Assembly (NCBI GenBank): GCA_033581555.1 | Contig: JAVQSZ010000006.1 | Coordinates: 55,415-119,414, forward strand | Origin: Nitrososphaerota archaeon | GTDB taxonomy: Archaea; Thermoproteota; Nitrososphaeria_A; Caldarchaeales; Calditenuaceae | Direction: 5' to 3' | DNA: 64,000 nucleotides | Shown here: piece by piece, positions 1 through 9,158 of the stretch | Numbering within the stretch: the stretch's first letter is position 1 | How the letters are laid out: each line of letters begins with the position of its first letter | Notes under the pieces: model-generated | Database searches by the model: none | What the model saw: the letters and a program-made list of their open reading frames with translations, nothing else | Told to the model about the DNA's origin: nothing | Position numbers and translations under genes: made by a program

Positions 1-469
1 GGCGGCGGAGCTCGCGTACAGGGTCGGAAGGGAGGTCGCGAAGAGGGGAGCGGTCCTCGTGACCGGAGGGCTCGGGGGCGTGATGGAGGCCGCGAGCAGG
101 GGAGCGAGCGAGGCCGGAGGCCTGGTCCTCGGGATCATACCGCAGAAGGAGATGAGGGAGGCGAACCCTTACTGCGACGTCGTCGTCGCGACAGGGATGG
201 GCCACCTCCGGAACTTCCTGAACGTCTACTCCTCGGACGGCGTGATCGTCGTGGGCGGCGGCGCGGGGACGCTAACCGAGGTCGCAGCGGCCTACATCGA
301 GGGCAAGCCGATCGTCACGGTGAAGGGGAGCGGAGGCGTCGCCGACGAGATCGCGGACAGGTACCTCGACGAGCGGAGGACCGTGCTGATCAGGTCCGCC
401 GCGACCCCGGAGGAAGCGGTCGAACTCCTGATCGGCCTGATAAGGGAGAGGCTGGGCCTCAGGAGTTGA
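1..469 (+). CDS. LOG family / TIGR00725-type nucleotide-binding protein (5' end outside window)
   Basis: TGGLGGVMEAASRGA, GMGHLRN, GGGAGTLTE motifs; frame open to the left edge. Confidence 0.85.
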   Translation, partial: AAELAYRVGREVAKRGAVLVTGGLGGVMEAASRGASEAGGLVLGIIPQKEMREANPYCDVVVATGMGHLRNFLNVYSSDGVIVVGGGAGTLTEVAAAYIEGKPIVTVKGSGGVADEIADRYLDERRTVLIRSAATPEEAVELLIGLIRERLGLRS

Positions 470-511
470 CGGCGCAGGTATTTACCGAGGGCCCGACCTT
501 CCTACCTTCAG

Positions 512-1195
512 GTGAACCTGATGTCCCCCAGGTCCAGGAGGGGGCTCGGCAGGACGATAATGCTCGGGGCCTTGGGCGTCTCGGTTGGACTCGCGGTCGC
601 GATCGTGGTGCTCGCTTTCCTTCCGTCGACGCCGATTATCGGCCCAAGGGGCTACGAGCCGACGATCAAAATCACCGGGGGTAAGCTGGCGCCGCTCGAG
701 CTGACCGACAAGAACGGCCAGAGGTTCACGCTCGAGATGGTCAAGGGGAAGCCGGTCTTCATCTACTTCGGGTACACCAACTGCCCCGACGTCTGCCCGA
801 TCGTGCTCCAGAAGTTCAAGAAGACGATCGAGGTGCTGGGGAGGGACGCGGACAGAATGGCCTTCATCTTCGTCTCGGTCGACCCATGGAGGGACACACC
901 CGAGGCGATGAAGGAGTACGTCGACAGGTACTTCCACCCGAAGATCATCGCTCTGACAGGGACCGAGGCGGAGATCACGAAGGTCATCCTCGACTACAAG
1001 ATCCCGGTCTTCTACACCGACGAGAGGGGGAACCCGGTCGACCCGACGAAGCTCCCACCAGGCTCGAGGTACTTCGTGAACCACTTCAGCTGGGTCCTAG
1101 GCGCCGACAGGAACCATCAGCTCTTACTGGCTCTTACGCCCGAGATGGAGGACAGGGAGTACATCGAGGCCGCGAGGTACCTGCTCTCGAGATGA
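512..1195 (+). CDS. SCO1/SenC family copper chaperone
   Basis: N-terminal TM helix, FGYTNCPDVCP (CxxxC), VSVDPWRDT, conserved His in VNHFS. Confidence 0.92.
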   Translation: MNLMSPRSRRGLGRTIMLGALGVSVGLAVAIVVLAFLPSTPIIGPRGYEPTIKITGGKLAPLELTDKNGQRFTLEMVKGKPVFIYFGYTNCPDVCPIVLQKFKKTIEVLGRDADRMAFIFVSVDPWRDTPEAMKEYVDRYFHPKIIALTGTEAEITKVILDYKIPVFYTDERGNPVDPTKLPPGSRYFVNHFSWVLGADRNHQLLLALTPEMEDREYIEAARYLLSR

Positions 1196-1743
1196 AGCCG
1201 GCCGTCCTGCTGCTGATCGCACTCGCATCCGCCGGCACGACGAACTCGACCTCCTACTCACCGCCGGGCTTCGAGGTCTACGAGTTCAGCCAGCTGGTCT
1301 GCGTGATGCGGCAGGTCGGGGACTACAGGATCCAGGTGCTCCTCGAGCCCACCAACCCGATCGCGGGCTCTCCGACCAAGATCACCGCGGTGATCAGCAC
1401 GCTGGACGGCAGGGCCGCGAGGGTCCACGTTGCGCTCCTGATCGCGACCGAGTTGCTCCCGGAGGACTTCATCAAGCCCGTCGAGGTGAGGAACGGCGTC
1501 TTCTCGGTCGAGCATGCGTTCCAGAGACCCGGCAGGTACGTCCTCGGGTTCATGGTCCTCGGTGAGAACGGCACCTACCTCGTCAACGTCCCGGTCACCG
1601 TAATGGAGGGCAGCAGCGCCTTCCTTTCATCGCTCCTGGTCTTCTCGACGGTCCTCGCGGCCTTCTGGGGCGTCGCGGCACTCCTCAGCATCGCGTTGGT
1701 CAGGGAGAGGAGGCACCCGAAGGGATCAGCTCGCGGAGCTTGA
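1192..1743 (+). CDS. Exported/membrane-anchored protein with YtkA/FixH-like Ig fold
   Basis: ATG overlaps the sco stop (ATGA); signal peptide MKPAVLLLIALASA, GVFSVEHAFQRPGRYVL, C-terminal TM helix plus basic tail. Confidence 0.6.
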   Translation: MKPAVLLLIALASAGTTNSTSYSPPGFEVYEFSQLVCVMRQVGDYRIQVLLEPTNPIAGSPTKITAVISTLDGRAARVHVALLIATELLPEDFIKPVEVRNGVFSVEHAFQRPGRYVLGFMVLGENGTYLVNVPVTVMEGSSAFLSSLLVFSTVLAAFWGVAALLSIALVRERRHPKGSARGA

Positions 1744-1782
1744 CCCGTGAAGCCCTGCAGTTCCCCTGAAACCCCCGACGCC

Positions 1783-4350
1783 CTACTGCGCAGGTGCCCT
1801 CCCGACCCTACGACTCCTCGGTGGCAACCCCTTGAGGACGAGAACGAGCGCGGACGACGCTATAGGGACTGAAAGAACTGCAGTCATCAGAGACCAGACC
1901 AGAGAGGAGTTCGCGTCATCGACGACCGCCGACGACATCGAGGAGGAAGAGAGGGCTGCCCTGATCAGGACGTATCCGGTCCGGGGAGGGACTACGATCA
2001 GTCCGGAGTAGGTGTAGCCGGCCCTGTCGCGATACTGGCCGTCGAGCGCGTATTCGAAGCTCCGATCGCGGGCCGAGTTCAGGAGGACTATCCCGTTCTC
2101 GAACCTCCTGACGAAGAGGGCACCCTGCCTGTCTCCGTTCACGACCTCAAGCCTACCCAGTGGCCTTCCGATGGGGAGATAGAAGTCCTCTAGGACGTAT
2201 GATCTAAGATAACCGCGCTCATCGTCCCGGATGTGTACGTACGTGTTAGGCCCGTTGACCAAGTAAAGGGCCGCGACGACGAAGTTCACCACCCTCCTCA
2301 CTTCGGGCCGCGCTCCTGCTGGGTTACTGTTCCATGCGTTGATGTAATCAAGTGGGAGCTCGTCCGCCAGCACGACGATCCTGTCCTTTGGGTAATCCCT
2401 GAGTGCCATAAACATGTCGTAGTAGATGCGAGAATCGTTGAAGAAACCTCTGAAGATCCGGGTGAAATATTCGAGAAAGATGCCGCCGTATCCGAACTCA
2501 TTGAGCGTCTGGAACTGTAATTGGTCGAATACCCCCAGATTGGGGATGATCACCCTCTTCGGCTCCGGGTCGAGAAGACTCCTCTTAATCTCCCTCAACA
2601 TATCGCGCAGAACGGGAAGCCTGTCCTCCCTTCGCGGATATTCAGAGGGGGGTTCGCCCTGCATGTCCCAGAGGTAGTAGAAGTTGAAGAAGTTGTCGTG
2701 GAAGAGGTGCGAGGAGAGCGTGGGGTTGTAGAAGCCTGCCATAATGTGGCGCTCCTCTATGCTCACTATCGCAGCTTTGACAGCTTCGGGGTTACCTATG
2801 TCGACCAGGAACTCACAGTACTTCTCCCTGACCACGTAACCTCCCCGTCCGTCGGGCCTGAGGTACCTAGTGTTCGTGGAATTGGTGAGCAACCATCCCT
2901 CATCGAAGCGCACCCGGTAATTATAATACGGAACGAATTCGTATACCGGCCTGCCGCCCTCCTGTCTGAGCATACAGGGAAGAGGATTGCTGTCGTTTCG
3001 CCTGCTGGTCATGAGGGAAGGGTCGTTGAAATAATGTAAGTGCACCGACTCAGGCTTCAGGCCCTTCACGATCTTAGCCTCCACGTCACCCCCGAGCAGG
3101 AGGTCCATCCTCTGGGCGAGCTCCAGCACGTCAGTGTTCCAAATCTCGTTGTGGATCGCGGCCAGCTTGAAGTTGATTCGGTCCCTCCCTATGAGCGGAA
3201 GTCTCTTGACCGGCTCGGTCCTCAACACGAAGTTGTCGAGCCAGATAGTCCCTGAACATGCCCCGAAGCACGTTACATACACCAAAGCGTTGAAAGCAGC
3301 AGCGTTCTCCGGGACGACCGTCGAAAACGTCACCTGTCGCCAGTTAACCGACGAGTTCCGGGTCCTCAGGACCTCATGCCCGGAGAGGTATTCGTAATTG
3401 CCGTCCCTTCTGGCCAAAAAGTTGAACTGGACCCTTATCTCTAGATTCTCGACGACTGGGCTGGTCTTGTAGTGGAAGGTGAAGACGACCGTATCGCCGG
3501 GCCTCGGGTAGTAGGCCGCGTATGCGGGATTCATGTTCCTTATCATCCTGGTGAGCAACATGAGGGTCGTGTCCTGTCCCGACTGGTCTGCCCTCCGTAC
3601 GACGATTTTCTGGCTGCCGGCCCCGGACGCACGGTCTACGAAGTCGATGGAGAAGACCGCCTCCGCCCCTCTCAAGCCCCTTGGATACCGCTCCCAGTTC
3701 CACATGACCCAGAAGAGGTCCGAGACCGGAGCCCGGAAACCCCAGCCACTTATGTTCACTGAGGCCGTCTCGAGCTCGCCGAGCCCGCCGAAATAGTTGG
3801 TGATGTAGAGCCCGTGAGGCGTCGCGGTCTCCATGACGGTGTTGGACGGCCTGCTGACCGTGTTACCCCGAAAAGCCCTGACCCTGTAGTAGTAGGTCCT
3901 CTCTGCCTGAACGGTCCTGTCGGTGTAAGAGGCCTCGTTCTGACCGGTCCTCCCTATCGCTGAGAACGTCTGCCCATCATCGCTCCTCTCGACGACGAAC
4001 CCCTCCTCGTCAACCGAGTTGTCCTGCCACGCGAGGGAGATGTGCCTGTAGTCAGCCCCAGTTACCCTGAGGTCGGTGGGGGGCGAGAGGGCCCACGTCA
4101 CCGTAGTCGTGACCGTCCTAGTTACGGTCCTGTAATCGGTGGTGGTCTGCGTTCGCGTCTCGGTAACCCTAGTAGCCGAGGTAATAGTCTCGTGAAGCGT
4201 GATCGCCCTGGTCACCGTCAGCCCGATCGTGCTCGTCCTCCACTGGGTCTCCGTCTCGGTCTGTGTGATTACGGGCGCGGTGTAACGGCCGAACGCGAAA
4301 CTAGACACGAGTGCGAGGAGGACGACGATGACGGTCAGAGCAGTCTTCAC
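1783..4350 (-). CDS. Secreted, membrane-anchored multidomain protein: Thr-rich linker, fibronectin type III, CBM-like domain, putative glycoside hydrolase-like (GHL15-type) domain
   Basis: Signal peptide; FN3 motif LAWQDNS..EEGFVVERS..YYYRVRA; WLDNFVL CBM-like end; FVRRFENGIVLLN C-terminal motif; Ser-rich linker and C-terminal TM. Confidence 0.7.
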   Translation of the reverse strand: MKTALTVIVVLLALVSSFAFGRYTAPVITQTETETQWRTSTIGLTVTRAITLHETITSATRVTETRTQTTTDYRTVTRTVTTTVTWALSPPTDLRVTGADYRHISLAWQDNSVDEEGFVVERSDDGQTFSAIGRTGQNEASYTDRTVQAERTYYYRVRAFRGNTVSRPSNTVMETATPHGLYITNYFGGLGELETASVNISGWGFRAPVSDLFWVMWNWERYPRGLRGAEAVFSIDFVDRASGAGSQKIVVRRADQSGQDTTLMLLTRMIRNMNPAYAAYYPRPGDTVVFTFHYKTSPVVENLEIRVQFNFLARRDGNYEYLSGHEVLRTRNSSVNWRQVTFSTVVPENAAAFNALVYVTCFGACSGTIWLDNFVLRTEPVKRLPLIGRDRINFKLAAIHNEIWNTDVLELAQRMDLLLGGDVEAKIVKGLKPESVHLHYFNDPSLMTSRRNDSNPLPCMLRQEGGRPVYEFVPYYNYRVRFDEGWLLTNSTNTRYLRPDGRGGYVVREKYCEFLVDIGNPEAVKAAIVSIEERHIMAGFYNPTLSSHLFHDNFFNFYYLWDMQGEPPSEYPRREDRLPVLRDMLREIKRSLLDPEPKRVIIPNLGVFDQLQFQTLNEFGYGGIFLEYFTRIFRGFFNDSRIYYDMFMALRDYPKDRIVVLADELPLDYINAWNSNPAGARPEVRRVVNFVVAALYLVNGPNTYVHIRDDERGYLRSYVLEDFYLPIGRPLGRLEVVNGDRQGALFVRRFENGIVLLNSARDRSFEYALDGQYRDRAGYTYSGLIVVPPRTGYVLIRAALSSSSMSSAVVDDANSSLVWSLMTAVLSVPIASSALVLVLKGLPPRSRRVGRAPAQ

Positions 4351-4541
4351 GGTCGGCCCGGGCCGCCTATCACATTAAAGGTTTCCATGACCTCTGTGAA
4401 GCAGGTTGACCTGACCCGGCGCGGCAAGCTCGGGACGCAGCGGGTGCGGAGGGCCCTGTGCTGGCCCGAAGAACCGTGAAAGGCGTTGGGGCATACTTCG
4501 GGACCGCGGATTTATACCGGTAGAGGCGTCGATGTGGGGAA

Positions 4542-5357
4542 GTGGCGAACAGGTGGGAGAGGAAGCTCTCGAGGCAGGAGGCGATCGCGGAGGTACGGAA
4601 CAGGTTCCTCGAGAGGGACAGGTCGCTCGAGAGGGCGGCCTTCGAGGAGGTCTTCGACGCCCAGACCTTGATGACGGTCTACAGGCTGATGACCAGCGGC
4701 CTCATCGACGACATCCACGGCGTCGTCAACGCGGGGAAGGAGTCCAGGATCTACCACGCCAGGACCAGGAAGGGAGAGGAGCTGGCGGTGAAGATCTACC
4801 TCGTCAACAACAGGGAGTTCAGGAGGAGGTCCGAGTACTTGGCGATGGACTCGAGAGTCGGGAAGGTCGGGGGCTCGGTGAGGAAGATAATCTACGCCTG
4901 GGCGAGGAGGGAGTTCCTGAACCTCCAGCAGGCTTTCTCGGCCGGCGTGAGGTGCCCGAAGCCCTACGCGGTCAGGGCGAACGTCCTCGTGATGGGGTTC
5001 CTCGGGAAGGACGGCATCAGGTACCCGCTCCTGAGGGAGCTCCAGCTCGGGAGGGAGGAGCTGGAGGAGGTCTACGATTCAGTCCTCGTGAACCTGAGGA
5101 CGCTCTACGCAAGGGCTGAGCTGGTCCACGGCGACCTGAGCGAGTACAATCTGATGCTCGCCTCGACCGACGAGGTCTACTTCATCGACCTCTCGCAGTC
5201 CGTGTTGAAGGACCACCCGCTGGCCGAGAGGCTCCTCATGAGGGACATCAGGAACATCAACAGGTACTTCTACGCCCGCGGCGTTCGGGTCGTTGACGAC
5301 GCAGACCTCTACGCGGAGCTCACCGGCTCCGAGCCTCCCCCGATACCTCCGTCCTGA
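4542..5357 (+). CDS. rio1: RIO1 family serine/threonine kinase
   Basis: GKESRIY, AVKIY, WARREFLNL, LVHGDLSEYN, FIDLSQSV. Confidence 0.93.
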   Translation: MANRWERKLSRQEAIAEVRNRFLERDRSLERAAFEEVFDAQTLMTVYRLMTSGLIDDIHGVVNAGKESRIYHARTRKGEELAVKIYLVNNREFRRRSEYLAMDSRVGKVGGSVRKIIYAWARREFLNLQQAFSAGVRCPKPYAVRANVLVMGFLGKDGIRYPLLRELQLGREELEEVYDSVLVNLRTLYARAELVHGDLSEYNLMLASTDEVYFIDLSQSVLKDHPLAERLLMRDIRNINRYFYARGVRVVDDADLYAELTGSEPPPIPPS

Positions 5358-5365
5358 GCGCGCCC

Positions 5366-5662
5366 TCAGACGCCGAGGACCTGCCTAATGATTGCCCTGT
5401 AGTCGACCGGTTGGACCTTCGAGCCCGGAGCGGGGAGGAGGTAAATCACGGGGACCGCGATCGCGGCCCTCAGTTCCGAGAGCCTCTGGGAGAACTCGGG
5501 GCCGTACTCGTCGCTGACCAGGATCAGGCCCACGTCGCCGGCGGAGATCAGCCTCCTGACCGCGGCTAGGGCCTCCTCAGAGCTGGAGGCCAGGACGGTC
5601 CCGGTCCCGGCGAGCCTCATCGCGGAGACGAAGGCCTCCCCGCCGACAGCCACGACCCTCAC
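5366..5662 (-). CDS. atpF: A/V-type ATP synthase subunit F
   Basis: 98 aa; MRVVAVGG..F..AMRLAG, DVGLILVS, PVIYLLP, C-terminal IRQVLGV. Confidence 0.8.
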   Translation of the reverse strand: MRVVAVGGEAFVSAMRLAGTGTVLASSSEEALAAVRRLISAGDVGLILVSDEYGPEFSQRLSELRAAIAVPVIYLLPAPGSKVQPVDYRAIIRQVLGV

Positions 5663-5693
5663 GGCCCGGGCCCGAGGGAGCCTCGTGAAAAGC

Positions 5694-6749
5694 CTAACCC
5701 CGGCCCTTGGACGGCCTCCTGACCCTCGCGGCGAGGGCCTCGTAGAGCTCGGTCTTGACGGGCCTCTCGGGTATCAGCCCCTGCGGCCTGTAGAGGAGCA
5801 CGGCCACGATCAGCGCGCCCATGACGGCGTACCTCAGGTAGGAGATGTCGAAGCCGACCGCGACGCCGAAGATCGCGAGCGTGCTCGCTTGTGAGAACCT
5901 CTCGAAGACCGCTAGGACCAGCGCCCCCACGACCGCGCCAACGTTGTTGGCGAGCCCCCCGAGAATGACCATCGTCAGGACGAAGAACGTGAGTGCGGGG
6001 ACGAAGTCGTCGGGGAAGATAGCCTGTGAGTAAAAGGTGTAGAGGGAGCCCGCGGCGCCCGCGATCGCCGAACCGATGAAGAGCACCTGACCCCTGACCT
6101 TGGGCACGTCCTTCCCGAGCGAGTAGGCGGCGAGCTCGTCGTCCCTGACAGCCTTCATCACTCTCCCGAACGGAGAGTTGGTCAGCCTCTCGACGAGGAG
6201 GAAGACGAGAAGCGCGACGACCCCCGTGAGCGCGACGTAGAGCGTCATCGCCAGCGGAGGGTTCCTGAGGAAGACGAACGGGTTCGAGATCCCCGAGATC
6301 CCGAAGACGCCCCCGACGAGCGGCTGGTAGGTCCTGACGAAGACCCTGGCGGCCTCGCCGAAGATGAGGAGCGTGATCGAGAGCATGCTCCCCTTCAGGG
6401 CCAGGGCCGGGTAGCTCGCGACGAACCCGAGGGCCCCAGCCACGAGGGAGCTCGCGACCAGCGAGAGGGCGAAGACCCCGACCGCGAGGAGCGGGTTGGA
6501 CGCGGCCAGTTCCGTCCTCCTCGCAGCTGCCAGGGCGGATAGCGGGTCCTCGATCCCGAGAACCGAGTCGTAGATGTTGACTGTGATGACGGTGCTGGTG
6601 ATCGCGCCGACGAAGAAGAAGAGCACCTTACCGAGGTTCGGGACCCCGGTGAGGCCGTACTCGAGGTTCATGCTCAGAGAGAGGATCACGTAGATCAGCA
6701 GGTAGAAGGTGAAGCTCTGGGCCAGGACGAGCGCGCCCTCGCCGATCAA
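5694..6749 (-). CDS. livM: Branched-chain amino acid ABC transporter permease (LivM-like)
   Basis: Multi-TM; LSLSMNLEYGLTGVPNLG, SPFGRVMKAVRDDELAA. Confidence 0.9.
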   Translation of the reverse strand: MIGEGALVLAQSFTFYLLIYVILSLSMNLEYGLTGVPNLGKVLFFFVGAITSTVITVNIYDSVLGIEDPLSALAAARRTELAASNPLLAVGVFALSLVASSLVAGALGFVASYPALALKGSMLSITLLIFGEAARVFVRTYQPLVGGVFGISGISNPFVFLRNPPLAMTLYVALTGVVALLVFLLVERLTNSPFGRVMKAVRDDELAAYSLGKDVPKVRGQVLFIGSAIAGAAGSLYTFYSQAIFPDDFVPALTFFVLTMVILGGLANNVGAVVGALVLAVFERFSQASTLAIFGVAVGFDISYLRYAVMGALIVAVLLYRPQGLIPERPVKTELYEALAARVRRPSKGRG

Positions 6750-7648
6750 GGTTCCACCAGCCTCGCGAACCTATACCTGTTCCGGTAGAGGAGGACGCCA
6801 GCGATCGCGAAGTAGGGTATCAGGGGTTTGTACGCGGTCTCGAGACCGATGGCCCTGTTCAGGGCCCACATCCCGAGGTTCTCTGCGGTCCCTATCACGA
6901 ACCCTCCCAGCAGCGTGAGCGGGAAGCTGGTGAAGTTGCCGATGATGGCCGCGGAGAAGACCCAGAGGAGCATCCTCCAGCCCGACTCCGGGTTGATGCT
7001 GGTGTAGTAGGCCCAGAGGGCCCCCGAGACGCCCGCCAGGAAGCCCGTTAGGAGCCTCGTGATCGACCTTATACGCCATACCGGTATCCCGCTGACCATC
7101 GCGAGGTCCCTGTTACTTGCTATCGCCCTCATCGCCTTCCCCACCTTCGTCCTCAGGATGAGGTAGGTGAGGCCCGCGACCGTCAACGCCAGGGTCGTCA
7201 GGGCCAGGACGTGCAGGTTGGTCAATGGCCTGGTTCCCAGGAAGACGACGGGCTGGGAGCTGAACCCTGAGGAGAGGAAGAGGAGGTCCTCGACGTCGGC
7301 GTAGATCGAGAAGAGGTACCTGATCGTGAAGCTCGCGCCCACACTCGCTATGAAGACCTGGAGCAACGTCGCTCCCCTCCTCTCCAGCCTCTTGTAGGCC
7401 AGCTCGTCGACCGAGAGGGCGATCAGCGCTCCCGCGGCTCCGGCCAGGACCATCGAGGTGACAGGGTCGACCCTGCTGAGGGTGAGGAGGGCGGCGACGT
7501 AGCACCCGATCGTGATGTACTCGCCGATCGCGAAGTCCGCGAGCCTCGTGACAGAGTAGTTCATCGTGAGGCCCACGGCCGCCATCGCGTAGAGCGAGGA
7601 GGCCAGCAGCGTGGTGGGGAGCTGGCCGAGGGCTTCCTCGATCATCAC
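6746..7648 (-). CDS. livH: Branched-chain amino acid ABC transporter permease (LivH-like)
   Basis: YAMAAVGLTM..FAIGE, RTKVGKAMRAIASN. Confidence 0.9.
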   Translation of the reverse strand: MMIEEALGQLPTTLLASSLYAMAAVGLTMNYSVTRLADFAIGEYITIGCYVAALLTLSRVDPVTSMVLAGAAGALIALSVDELAYKRLERRGATLLQVFIASVGASFTIRYLFSIYADVEDLLFLSSGFSSQPVVFLGTRPLTNLHVLALTTLALTVAGLTYLILRTKVGKAMRAIASNRDLAMVSGIPVWRIRSITRLLTGFLAGVSGALWAYYTSINPESGWRMLLWVFSAAIIGNFTSFPLTLLGGFVIGTAENLGMWALNRAIGLETAYKPLIPYFAIAGVLLYRNRYRFARLVEP

Positions 7649-7686
7649 CGAACCGGCTGAGAAACCGGGCCGGCCGTTAAAAAGTG

Positions 7687-8388
7687 CTACGTCCTCTGGA
7701 AGAAGACCGCTGCCAGGTCCAGACCGGCGACCCTCTCGCTCGCGTCGCTGAGGACCACCCTGCCTCCCACCATGACGAGCGTCCTCTCCGAATGGGAGAT
7801 CGCCATCCTTGCGTGCTGCTCGATCAGCAGCATCGTCAGGCCGGACCTTCTGAGGGCGTCGACCTTCTCGTAGATCCTGTGGACCATCTTGGGCGCGAGG
7901 CCCGCCGAGGGCTCGTCCATGATCACCAGCCTGGGCGACGTCATGAGGAGCCTAGACATGGCCAGCATCTGCCTCTCACCGCCGCTGAGCGTCCCGGCCC
8001 TCTGCTTCAGCCTGCCCGAGAGCTCCGGGAACATCTCGAGGACCTCCCTGATCCTAGCCCTCAGCTCCTCCCTCGACAGCGCGTACCCTCCCATCTCGAG
8101 GTTCTCGAGGACCGTCATGTCTGGGAAGACGTTGTTGGTCTGGGGGAGATAGGCAATCCCCATCTTAACCCTCTCGGAGGGCGAGCGGCGCGTTATGTCC
8201 TGTCCGTCGAGGAGTATCGACCCTCCGAAGACGTTGGTGAGGCCGACCACGGTCTTGGCTAGCGTGCTCTTGCCCGAGCCGTTGGGGCCTATGATCGCGA
8301 CCGTCTCGCCCTCTCTCAGGGAGAAGTCTACCTCAGTTACGATCGGAAGCTTGCCGTAACCTGCGGTGACTTTCCTCAGCTCCAGCAA
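7687..8388 (-). CDS. livF: Branched-chain amino acid ABC transporter ATP-binding protein (LivF-like)
   Basis: GPNGSGKST, AGTLSGGERQML, MDEPSAGLAP. Confidence 0.92.
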   Translation of the reverse strand: MLELRKVTAGYGKLPIVTEVDFSLREGETVAIIGPNGSGKSTLAKTVVGLTNVFGGSILLDGQDITRRSPSERVKMGIAYLPQTNNVFPDMTVLENLEMGGYALSREELRARIREVLEMFPELSGRLKQRAGTLSGGERQMLAMSRLLMTSPRLVIMDEPSAGLAPKMVHRIYEKVDALRRSGLTMLLIEQHARMAISHSERTLVMVGGRVVLSDASERVAGLDLAAVFFQRT

Positions 8389-8391
8389 CGC

Positions 8392-9153
8392 TCAGCTCGC
8401 CCCGATGCCGAGATAGGCCTCCACCACCCTCCTGTCCCTTACCGCGCCCGCTGGGTCTCCATCGTATATGATTCGGCCCTCGTGCATAACTAGAACCCTT
8501 TGTACGTATTCGAGCAGTACATCCAGCTTGTGCTCTATTATGATGAAGGTAGTGGACGAGGTCCTGTTGATCGCCATGATGTGTCTGAAGATCTCGTGGG
8601 CGAGGGGAACCGCAACGCCGGCTGCAGGCTCGTCGAGAAGGACCAGCTTCCCTCCGGCCATCATTGACCTGCCGATCTCGGTGAGCTTCATCTGACCTCC
8701 GGAGATCTCAGAACCCCAGTTCCTGTGGACAGCGTCGAGCTTCAGGAACTCGGCAACCTCTGAGACCCGTCGAGCCACCTCCAGTTCCTGACGCCTCCAG
8801 AGCCTCCTGAGGGGAGCCACATGGGGCCTCTCGCCCACCTGGGGGTGAACAGGCAGGGCGAGGTTCTCCGCGACGGTCACGTGCCAGAACGTCCTCGGGA
8901 TCTGGAAGCTCCTGACTAAACCCCTCCTGAAGACCTCGTCGGGCCTGAGACCGTCAATCCTCTCGCCCTCGAAGAGTATCTCGCCCTCGTCGGGCTTCAT
9001 GACCCCCGCGATCAGGTTGAAGAGAGTGGTCTTGCCAGATCCGTTGGGGCCGATCAGTCCGACTAGCTCGCCCCGGTCAACCGAAAAAGAGACTCGGTTT
9101 ACGGCCACCAGCCCGCCGAACCGCTTCGTGAGGTCCCTTACCTCAAGGCTCAA
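8392..9153 (-). CDS. livG: Branched-chain amino acid ABC transporter ATP-binding protein (LivG-like)
   Basis: FGGLVAV, GPNGSGKTTLFN, ISGGQMK, LLDEPAAG, VVEAYLG. Confidence 0.92.
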   Translation of the reverse strand: MSLEVRDLTKRFGGLVAVNRVSFSVDRGELVGLIGPNGSGKTTLFNLIAGVMKPDEGEILFEGERIDGLRPDEVFRRGLVRSFQIPRTFWHVTVAENLALPVHPQVGERPHVAPLRRLWRRQELEVARRVSEVAEFLKLDAVHRNWGSEISGGQMKLTEIGRSMMAGGKLVLLDEPAAGVAVPLAHEIFRHIMAINRTSSTTFIIIEHKLDVLLEYVQRVLVMHEGRIIYDGDPAGAVRDRRVVEAYLGIGAS

Positions 9154-9158
9154 AGGCC

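Noticed and set aside
886-1191. N-terminal extension of ORF 886-1743, and similar extensions of ORFs at 12486, 31833, 37323, 53888, 54378, 56846 and 62599
   Set aside because: Extensions overlap neighbouring genes or promoters and look non-coding; downstream starts fit the expected family lengths and stop/start overlaps
4351-4541. GC-rich intergenic region between the surface protein and rio1 as a possible ncRNA
   Set aside because: Contains divergent TATA-like boxes and no convincing conserved RNA motif
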